A DNA stretch of 32,207 bases from Catajapyx aquilonaris (Eukaryota). Of this stretch, positions 21,195-31,843 are shown piece by piece. A model generated the notes under the pieces. It was given only the letters and a program-made list of their open reading frames with translations. It made no database searches and was not told the DNA's origin. Where the stretch lies: assembly GCA_000934665.2 (NCBI GenBank), contig JYFJ02004436.1, positions 1-32,207 of the forward strand, in the 5' to 3' direction. Every line of letters begins with the position of its first letter. The stretch's first letter is position 1. The position numbers and the translations under genes were made by a program.

Positions 21195-23790
21195 TCGACC
21201 TCCTTCAAAAGTGCAGGAACGTGTTTCGCGGAACACACTTACACCGCCAGGCAGTTTAGGTCAATGCGTTTCATCACAACCGCAACATGTGTGCAAGCAC
21301 AGAGGACGGGAAGTCGGACTCCAGAGGTCAAAGTGTATGACATTTCATCGGGGAGGGTAAAAAAGAGGAGACTTTTTCGCAATTTATTGATGATGATGTG
21401 GACCTTACCCACTTGAACCCTCATTATTGCACAAAGATATATTACAAGCGAAAGAGACGATTGGTAATTACTGTGTTATTTTTTTATTATAATATGATAT
21501 ATGCAATTTGAATGCATAAATATTGTCCCCTTACGTGTAGGCTAATATAGACACACACATAAATTGATTTAATCAAAAATATTTAACAAAAATATTAATA
21601 CAATACAATTTATTTTAAGATATTTAGCACAAAGTAGGAATAATTTTCAATTTAATTAATGATATCAATTTTATCATTTAAATCAATGATGTTCCCATTA
21701 GATATTTATAAGTGTGGTCTTTACCTGACGACTTTTTTATGCTTCACACTGCGACCTGGCGTAGGAGTTATGTGACATGTCTTATGGTACACTTTCTCTT
21801 GTAAACGAAAGTGATTGTAAATATTATTATTTGACCTACAAAAGAGTGATTAGAGTGTCATCTTTCTGGAGGCCATGCTCATAGCTTGATCAAAGGAAAA
21901 CGAGAATTGTGCCATAAAAATTTATTTTTTTACAGTTGGTGTTTTTTCATAGGAAAATCAGTACGGTACTTATGTACTCTCTTCAGTTTCACTTTGCGTG
22001 TTGTGAATGGGCTGGCTTCTTGTAAATAATAAGATTACAGTCGAATCTTAATCGAGATGTTTAGCAGCTAAAAGTCTTGATAATTTAGTAATGATGTACG
22101 CGTAACTTTTTTCTGAAGATTCTTTAATTTTTTGTAACAATTCATTGAAGTCTCATTCTGATAGTGTCATACGTAGCAGTATGTGATTAAGAAGACACTG
22201 TCATTGAATCATTACTTTATTTTATTTTATTGCTGTTGATGTTGTTGTTATTATACTTGTCATTGCCTATTTGTCCTCGCTACACAACAACAAAACAGTA
22301 CGAACCAATAACTCTCACTTGACCTTACAATGAAGGTGGCAGGTGGCCATCCCCACAGACTTGATTTTCACGTAAAGACCACAAAATGAGGCCATCGGAG
22401 GAGGTATACATGCAATGCGTTGCCTCCATACGTGCAGGAATGTGTTTTGGTGACCAAGGCAATGATCACTCGGATGTCGACACAATATTTTGTATGAGGA
22501 TGTATATGGGCATGATGTATGCATCAAAACTGTTAAGCACATCTTGTGGTATATATTATACCATAAAAAAGTATTTTTTTAAAGTAAAACAGATATTACT
22601 ACTTATCTAACCATTGTCATTGGCAGTAAGAGATACTATCCTGCCAGGCTATTAAATGCCTTTTGACCTGTCGACCTCCTTCAAGAGGGCATTTTGACCT
22701 CCATTGCAGATAGGTCAAATGCACTTTATTGCAGCAAACTCTATAGTCTGTAAGAGGTCAGCATAGTGTGGCATTTTGAAAAAAGGTCGCTTTACGTAAT
22801 ATCAGCTTGAACCACTTAAACCATGAATATTTTACTACAACATTCGTAGTAGGCCTATGTATATAAAAGGATCTATGTTTTTCGAAGCCGATGCCCCCTA
22901 CATATTTGTAAACAAACGTTTCATAATCATTATCAGACAACTTTTTTTATTTAAAAAAATTCAGCACACGTTCCGACCTGTCGTAGGAGTTTTGTGCCCA
23001 TGTTTTATGGTGCCCTTACGTACTTTCTCTTGTATGCGCAAGTGATTGTAAATAACACGGCATTATGCGGCCTACAAAAGAGTAATTACCATGCAGTGTC
23101 ATCTTCTTGGAACTACATATAGAGACCAGGGTCTTTAAATAATAGTCCCACTCGGAGTATTATTTCGTAGCCCTTCGGTTGGTCACACAATACTTAATTA
23201 AAATAATGTATACACTATGCACCAACTTGCCAAAATTTAGTAACAAATTAGGTATCGAAGCGACATCCGACGGTGATGTGCACAAGTAAGCAAGTAGACA
23301 CCCATGAGGTGGATCCCTGGCGCCCGGAACGGCGGAAATGGGAATTCCGTGGAACGGACGCGGTGTGCGTTTTTTGAGTTTTACAAAGTCCCTCGGCACC
23401 GTTTCCAAATAACAAGGAGATATTTGCTTCATCTTTCTTTTTAAAAAAATTCAGCCCTGACGGAATCAAGTGCAATTATTACAAGTGATCTGAATGATAC
23501 AATTATACTCGTCCATTGTTAGGCTGTAAACATACGGTTCAAACCGATAAAGATATTGACTTTCGCTTGACCTTACAATTAAAGTGGCAGACGGTCATCC
23601 CCAAACGTGATTCTCACGTACACAAAACAGAATGAGGCCAACGAACGGGTTATACAACACACCGCAAAACCATCGATACGTGCAATACTGCAACTTTGTG
23701 ACTAACAAGAACTGCATTACATACTGATGAGGTAAAAATGGTTATTTATTGCATATAAATTATGTGTCCACAAAAATGTTAATGACCATA
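21195..23790. repeat. Diverged direct tandem duplication (~1.2-1.5 kb unit) of the gene 6 upstream region
   Basis: Collinear matching blocks: 21195-21215/22671-22691 (19/21); 21752-21769/22974-22991 (17/18); 21809-21823/23040-23054 (15/15); 21835-21847/23071-23083 (13/13); 22318-22331/23566-23579 (14/14). Boundaries are approximate. Confidence 0.85.
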
Positions 23791-24517
23791 GTTAGTATGT
23801 GCCAATATAAGACAATATCAAACATGTGTTTGTGTGTAACAGGTGCTGTTGACCTACTAACTTACAAGTATTGGAAGTCTAAGAACGTAAAGTGGTAGGG
23901 TTGAGGTTATCGTCCTTGGGAGAAGAAGAAGTATGGTGGGTTGCTGATCTGCTAGGATATGTAACAAGACTGCTGATTTTCATGAGATGTGCGCACAGTG
24001 AAAATTAACAAGCGAAAATCAATCCATGAACTCGTATATTCACAAAATATTTTTACAGACACATGATATCAGCAGTATGTGATTATAGGCAAAATTTCCA
24101 CATACATCTGGATTAAAAATTTAGCACACGCCATTTACTCTACGTTATGTGTGGAAGAATGGCGCATAGAGATTGACCTGATAGGTGGCGTTTGTATGCA
24201 GATAGGCCTGGTGCAATACTAGTTTGGGATTAGAGTAAAACCTGATTCAGCATTTCGTACGTAAGTGCTGGGAATTTACATATGAAATTATTCACATCTG
24301 ACACAGAAAGTGTCCAGGTTTTAAGGCCATATAGAGTACTTGTTGTCCTCTATTTGTTGGTCAACTCCTCTGGACATGGATAAATTTCATAATGTTTTTG
24401 TGCTTTCAAAAAGAGCCTCCAGGGTTAGATTCAAATGGCAACTACTTTAGTCTACGTTTTGTGCCTCACACGTAAGGCAGGCCTGGAATATTGCACTGCG
24501 AGGTGAATTCGCAAAAT

Positions 24518-25077
24518 ATGAAGCAGGTACGCGCACAATACTTTCATCTGATATTCTTGAGCTTCAATATTTTCTTGTTACTGTTGCAGCTGTTTTTACT
24601 ATTAGGCCTATTAATTTTGACTGCCTCTGTGGCCTCTAGACCACGCAAAGTAACTCATGATCGACCTGAGCGTCAAGTTAATCCAAATCGTTCCAGGTAA
24701 GATCGATTTTTAAACATTTACTATCAAGTAGACGGTATTTAAAAAGCACTTAATGCTCATAAGTGTTGATTTTGATATGCTGTGTGTCAATTGGTCGCTA
24801 CGTTATAATGACATAATTATACAGTAGATTATATCACAATGATGTAGAATTTTTGTGTGACTAATCTTAAATTTTGTTCTGAAGGAATCAGCACAATGCA
24901 CTCGTACAAAGCAAAACGTACTATTTACCTGGAGACATCAAGGGAGAGTATGCGTACGTATCCAGGGACGGATTTTTGGTCGACGTGAAGTACACTGCTG
25001 ACGAGCGTGGATTTGTTCCCATTGTGTTAATATCACCACATCACTCGGCGCATGATATTTCACCTACTCTTGGATAA
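24518..25077 (+). CDS. Divergent cuticular protein gene 7, partial R&R domain, 102 aa
   Basis: Exons 24518-24526, 24590-24696, 24885-25077 = 309 nt; AAG acceptor preceded by a CTAAT branch point at 24861. Protein MKQLFLLLGLLILTASVASRPRKVTHDRPERQVNPNRSRNQHNALVQSKTYYLPGDIKGEYAYVSRDGFLVDVKYTADERGFVPIVLISPHHSAHDISPTLG*. Confidence 0.8.
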
Positions 25078-26203
25078 TAATCGCTATGTAATACCTGCAC
25101 GTCAACAAACTCCTGAAATATTTTTCGGTCTGTACAAAAATTACTCTGAAAATGAGGTTTTCGTTATCTTTTTGTCATATACAAGTTACTGACTAGTATA
25201 TAATAAGTATCTTTTTCTGCAACACCTGACGGATGAGTAACGACTGAACTGTAAAGAGTGGAACATCCGGAGAAGATTTTATCATTTTTATGCTAAGTCA
25301 CTGTAACTCGGTTACTTTTATCTAAATTGGATCACACTGGCTTTCCAGCAATTTTCATGTAGATCACCGCTGCAACAAGTTCAAGCTCTATGAATATGTT
25401 AATTATTGTCATTGGGTAAGTCGACTAACCCACAAAATAAGGTCAGATAGTTTTTTTTGTTTAAAAGACATGATGATTATGATAAATATGTCTCCAAGGC
25501 AAACTTCAAATAATTTAATTAAAAAAATAAAAGTGTGTAAGCAAGTATGTAAATAAAAGAGCTCGTCTGTTTCTGGATCAGAACTAAAATGGGTTCTTAT
25601 TGCTCCTGATTTGTTGAAGTACGAAGCCTGCTTTCACATATTAATGCAAGAGGCATGTATAAAAGCGTTCTTGTACTTTATTAAAATAAAACTGGACAAG
25701 ATTTGCATGAAACAGTGGTCCATAGTATTTTATCCTGAAGCAATTAATGCACTCATCAGCAATTTACTCGAGTCTAAATATTCATTGCGCACTATGTGTA
25801 TCATTAACTTTGGATTCAATTGTTGCTGATAACATCCCAGTTGTTAAAATGCCAATTACTGCCTTCATAAAGGACCATTATTAGGTCAGTGGCATTTCAG
25901 GGCAACAGAATTGTCCCAATTTCACGGACATGTCGGAAAGGTCACCGTTTTATTATAAAGAAGAGGAAAGAAGTAATATGAAGGAGATGATGTTTTGTGT
26001 GCCAGAGAGTTACAGAAATAACATAATTTATTTTTTTGATCATTTTGTACAGAGTTTATCTCTGATTGCTCCTATCGAGAGTTTCCATCTTTTCCCCCCT
26101 CGTTTCCTAAATCATGCTGAAGCGAAACTGTACAACAGACCACCTTTGTCATAAAGCCATTGACCACATCCTCGATACAAAATTATTACACAAACCTATT
26201 TAT

Positions 26204-26223
26204 CCCCCCCCCCCCNCCCCCCC
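26204..26223. repeat. Poly-C/G tract with an ambiguous base (n at 26216)
   Basis: 20-nt homopolymer about 90 nt downstream of the gene 8 stop codon; the true length is uncertain. Confidence 0.85.
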
Positions 26224-26310
26224 AAATCAGAAAAATGCCATGCACTAAAGATGTTACGCAACGCCGTGTAATATTTTAATAGTTCTGCGACTTCCAGCCA
26301 TAATCCTGAC

Positions 26311-27484
26311 TTAGAAGCGTCCACGTCCCGGAGTAAACCTTCCTGGGGCTGGACCGGATCCTCCCGGAAGTTGTCCAGTGCGCTGCAGGGCTCTCAAGAT
26401 GGCGTCTGGAATGGGTGGAGGGGTCGGGATGGCGTCACCTTCCGCCCGGAAGCCATTTTCGTCCGCGATGTAGGTGATCGAAACTGGGATTCCTTCAGGT
26501 CCGACGTAGGAGTATGATCCTTCCGCAACCTGGGCCTCGTCCTTGGTTCCAGCATTCTTCAGGTAGCCTTGTTCCTGTACGTTGATTCCGTGTCCGGTCT
26601 CGTACCTGGAAAAGCAAAGTGTCATAAGACATCACCAAACTAATGTCACACAAAGTAGTGACTGTAACTGTAGAGAAGATGAATTCGAACTATTTACAAG
26701 AAACCACAGTCATGCCTTAGAATAATAGCCAATCTTATTGGTTCCGAATACATCAATAGGAAGTTTATCCCAGAAGATTATCATAATGTGAATTGATATG
26801 TGAATTGATATGACCGGAATAAAAATGCTGGTGAGTATGGACAGAAATACATATCGGTTAATAGGTACTAACTCCCACATATGCTGACGATTACTGCACA
26901 GATCACAGGTGGTAAATATAATTACCTAATTGGATGATATAATTATGGTGTCGGACCGCACTGCAGAACCATTTCATACACTTCATACCACTATTTTAAT
27001 CTATGGATCCAAGAATGGACCTTACTAAGCTTATAACTACCACGATAAAGTTACATTACGAACTCATAATTATGATCCAACAATCGAACGAACAATAATG
27101 GGAAGTTTCATCTACTGCGCATTTGTCTAATTCTAATTACATGATTGCACTTTCTACACTGTTACAACAACAAGGTAATGCAAAACCAACACCCCAAATT
27201 ATATTTAAAAATAAATAAAACGTCATATTTACGCATAGTTGTAGCTTCCATCTCCAACAAAGTTGTTAGTATATCGAACGATTGGTATGTTGTTAAGTCC
27301 TCCAGCAGGTGGTGGCCTGGATCCACCTCGAAACTGAGGCTTGGCTGCCACCAGGGCGATCAAAGCAGCAAATATAAACTGCAAAAAGAGGGAAATAACC
27401 AACAATGACCTCACCTATACACACACGAAGAAACACTGTCCGGGACACACGCACGTCTCACAAGGAAAATCCTACCAGTTTCAT
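26311..27484 (-). CDS. Cuticular protein gene 8, CPR RR-1 (endocuticle structural glycoprotein SgAbd-like), 149 aa
   Basis: Exons (minus) 27484-27476, 27378-27233, 26605-26311 = 450 nt. Protein [149 protein letters not shown]. Confidence 0.96.
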
Positions 27485-27559
27485 CCTGAGTCGTCCTGTG
27501 GAGTGTGTCGTTGACGTGTTATGGAAAGACGCTATCTCGAACACATTCACAGGGCTCAC

Positions 27560-27567
27560 TATTTATA
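27560..27567 (-). promoter_or_regulatory. TATA box of gene 8
   Basis: TATAAATA on the minus strand about 75 nt upstream of the ATG. Confidence 0.8.
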
Positions 27568-30036
27568 ACAAAAGAACGGGAGGCGGAGTTTGGCTTTTGT
27601 GACCTCATTCGGAGGACAAGGGGGCATCTTTTGCGAGCGAATACTGCCCATATCATAGCTCCTCCTCTTTTCGCCTATCCTACCTCCTTTATTTTTTTTT
27701 GAAAAAAAAATATATAAAGTATGTCAACTCCTAACCAAAAGAAGGAAGTTGTTCTGTTTGCCCTTTTTGCAGAGTGGTAAGGTATTTACCAGTTTGGGGT
27801 GGGTTTGGCTGATACCTTAGGGCCATTGGAAACCTTTGCCAAAGAGGGCCGCCTACTGGAGAAGGGGAAGAAGGTAGCTTCTGGTATGCATGTGACCATG
27901 AGGATGCTCTCACACCCCTTTTACTAACCGCACTATTGGCCTTGGAAGACTGTCGCAAAACTATGATCTACGTGGACGGTCACAACCCCCGAAGTGTTCC
28001 GCGACAACACAAAAAACGAAGGTGAAAATTTTAAATTTAGTTTTTTTAACATTGCGACAATGTTAATTGCGAATTCCATGTGTGCAGACAGCCTAAATCG
28101 TAATGCAGAGCATGGAAAGCGAATCTTGTCTGATGACCTCAATGAAGATCAACTGCCCTTTTGTGGCAGCCAAGTGAATAAATTTTACTGCCTCCATTAA
28201 CCCCTTTGTTACGTACACGCTTTCAAAATTTATATAAGTGTAGGTCCTACAATGTTGCAATTATTTTTTGCAACATTCAACACTGAAACGAGTTAGCCCC
28301 CAAATCGCAAAATTTTAAAAAATAATTTCTGACTTATCAAGGTCCCCATATTAATCATAATTCGCAACTAGTTTCGCAACAGTGACACATTCACACCGAA
28401 GCTTTAATTTTATCTAATTAAATTTAAGCAAAAATCCTCTCTCTACAAATTGTGAAAGTGAAAGGGATCACCGCAGGAATCGAACGTTATTATTTTCAGA
28501 GTCGAGTTGACCTCCAAGATTGGATTGAGGAAAAGGGACCGACTTGACCTTTGAGCAGGTGATCCGGGGCAATGTTGGCTGTGATGCTGGCACCTCCTTC
28601 AGTAGAAGCAGTTACATCGTGACAATTAAAACGCCTTCGAAGGACACTCCCAAATTTACTATTCAATCAGCACGGAACTATTTTTATCCGGTTTAGTTCC
28701 GTTATCCTTGAATACATATTGCTATATGGAAAATAGCCAAAAATGTAAGGTGCATAACCTGTTACGACATTTTATGATGTGAAGGTAAAAATCCACGCCC
28801 CTGCATTTTTAATGATTTAATTATTGGTTAATTAAACTGCTAGGATATTAAGTGATTTTGGCTCAAATTTGGCTTTAAATCTAAGGGTTAGATATAGTTC
28901 CCAGGTATTAGCATGCGAAAGGAGTTTCATTAGCGTCTTGTAGAGGTAGGGAAGGGCACTTTGTCTTTTCCTAGACAAGTGAGAGGAGGCGTGGATGAAT
29001 AAAAACGACTGCATGAAACGTGTGTTGTGAATTGCAAATTTTCAGTCAGCTTTACCATACATGTTAAGGCGGAGATGCACGTCGCAGAAGCCAGATTAAC
29101 CAAATTCCAAGCTATTGTATTATCAATTAACTTAGGCCACACGCTATAACGACCGCCTAGTAGGCTATAATTTTATCCGCAATTTTTTTTCACATATGTG
29201 TTTAAAAGTATTTGGCATAATTGGTGGGAAGGTTGGGATTGCATTGTGCATGTAATTTACCCGTTTCTAGAGTGCAAAGGGCGTCAATTTTCGAACTTGT
29301 CTGCAATTTAAGTGTCAGATATAAAAGGCCGCAAATGGACAGCAGTCAATCAAACCGGAAAAAGTACTGCACGATATCGATGAATAGGTCACTATTCAAA
29401 TATCATGGCATTTTCATATAGATGAATATTAAGCAAGGTCAAAAAATTTATTGGCAGATGTTGTAAAAAAAGTGTTTAGTTTTTTTGGTTGTCTTGTCAG
29501 AAGAATAAGGAAATTGTCATGTCACTGTGCCAAGGACCTTTACAATTTAACACGCGTTGACGATAAGCGATGCGGAAAGTTGCGCGTGAAAAATGCGATT
29601 ATAAGATTTTCTGCCGAGATAACTTTCAATCAGCAACCATTCAATGTCAACAAGCACTCAGATATTGAATGAAAATGTCCCATTGATAATCCCCAACTTT
29701 CACTTTTAATGTGTAGAAGCGTGGGCATATATTCGGAATGAATTATCCTCCAGGTGAATTAGACACGGTAGTGGTGCCGTTACCTGTTATGACAACCTGA
29801 ACATCATAATTATTTGGAGTGTGAAGAATGCAATTAATTTCTGTTTGATTACTCATGTGGTACGAGTACTTTTAAAGACACAGGTATTGCCTAAGGCACA
29901 GGCGTTAAACGACCTTGCAACTTGAAACTGGAGCACTTATCCTTCCACTTATACAACCTAACCACCTCCTATCCACACCCTGGCCACCCGCATCCCAGGA
30001 AAAACACATTTTGCATTCAATTATTTATTAACCAAT

Positions 30037-30569
30037 TTAATATCTGGCATAATTTCCGGAGAGGGTGGCAGACTGTGAGGCTGAAGCTGAGTGCTCTTCT
30101 GCTGCCCTGATGACAGCTAGGCTCTCCAGGATGGCTTGTGGTACCGGTGGTGGTGTTGGAAGGTGTGCACCGGTGGCACGGAATCCGTTTTCGTCTGCGA
30201 TGTATGACACACGGAATGTGATGCCTTCAGGACTGATCCAGGAGTAGGAACCGGACTTGACCAGGCCCAGTTCAGGGCTGCCTGGTACCACCTTCACATC
30301 TCCGGATTCGTGCTGTTGGATACCATTGGCCGATTCGAACCTGAAAAATTGGGAGTTAAAGGGTTGCCGGGTGTGTCTAAGAGGCATTACTTACGCAAAA
30401 CTGTATCCGCCTTCGTTGTTGTTGTCGCTAACTGCACGAAGGATTGGTGCTTCTCCGGTTGGGTAGGCCATGGCCATACCCACCAGCATCAGTACTAAAC
30501 ACTGAAAAAAACGTAAATTATTTTAAAAAACTGTTTACAGGACACTGTATGTTAACTCACAGCCTTCAT
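30037..30569 (-). CDS. Cuticular protein gene 9, CPR RR-1, 139 aa
   Basis: Exons (minus) 30569-30561, 30501-30395, 30340-30037 = 420 nt. Protein [139 protein letters not shown]. Confidence 0.96.
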
Positions 30570-30635
30570 TGTTGGTTCTGGTGACTTTGTGTTTCGGAAC
30601 TTGGAAGTGTCTGTCTGCTGGATCGGCCTGGTTGC

Positions 30636-30642
30636 TTTTATA
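30636..30642 (-). promoter_or_regulatory. TATA box of gene 9
   Basis: TATAAAA on the minus strand about 65 nt upstream of the ATG. Confidence 0.8.
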
Positions 30643-31743
30643 CCACCGGAGTCCCCAAAGGATCGGACCCGGTTGATGTTTTTGGGAAATTTTGACCTTA
30701 CTTTCACTTTCAGACCACTCTTCTTTTCGACGGAAGGTCCAGAAAAATCTGGTTTTAGTGCGTAAAACTATCACTGGTTCTTATTGCCGGTGTCTCTGAA
30801 AGTGGAGTGTGACTGCTCTCTGCTAATATACTATTAGAAATCAATAATCGTAAAAATTGATATGCCTGACATGTTTAGTTTTAATTGCGTAATTAGACAT
30901 TATTGAACACCTCAGTTATACTACATCATAGCTTCTTAATCATTATTCCCAATTCATACAATCTGTGGGCACGTACGTTTAGGACTAAACACGTGAGAAT
31001 TGATACGCCAATGATTGAAGGAAATTCTTTACGTAATCAATGAAATGTAATGATAATGACGAGTACTCTTGACCAAACAACAGAAATAAAAATTAAGGAA
31101 CGTAACTTGTTGCACCATATGATTTAGTGAAGGTTATGCAGTGAAGGTCACACACAATATACTGTAATTTGCATATTAATGCTGTATTTGGCAAGTGCGA
31201 AAACTTTAAATGCATGCCGATAATGATTTAATTACAGGCCAGGATTAATACCGGTAAGACCCAAAACACCGGTATTACTCTAATGTGGGTTGTGCCTGTA
31301 ACGCCATTTCAACCATGGCAATCAAATGCTGTTTAATGTCATAATTTTCATGATCATATGCCTATAATAAAACAACGCTTTAAATCAGGATAAATCTACG
31401 TTTACAAACAATTGAAAATTGTGTAATATCCGCACACCATTGTTCCACATAATGCACCGACTCAATATGGAAACACTGATGATCAGAGGAAGTTGATAAA
31501 TTTTTCTTACTTCAAACAAACCCTTTGTGCATTATTTTGGGTATAGGCCCGCAACACTTTCCTTTACTGTTCCGTGAGCAGGAAAAATCCGGATTGCGAG
31601 GTTAGCAGTTCTTACAAGCCGCTGTCCTTTTCCGCCCAGCGTAAGCCAGCAGGTAAACATCCCAAAAATACCACCCTTTTTGGGAGAAAGTGAACCGTTT
31701 TTGGACAATTGGCAGCAGGGAGGGCCGTGGAAAGCTGAATGAC

Positions 31744-31750
31744 TATAAAA
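31744..31750 (+). promoter_or_regulatory. TATA box of gene 10
   Basis: TATAAAA followed about 30 nt later by an Inr-like ATCACTC. Confidence 0.8.
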
Positions 31751-31843
31751 GGCTTGTCCGGTGGAGGCAGAAGCATCACTCAGCTGACACCAACTCTTCC
31801 AGTAGCAACCATTTGAGCTGACCTCTCAACCTCACAAATCAAC

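Noticed and set aside
22315..22542. Minus-strand ORF whose ATG context (CAAGATG) matches that of gene 6, a possible relic first exon of the duplicated unit
   Set aside because: Only a 7-nt match, with no M-K-x|GT structure and no CPR similarity.
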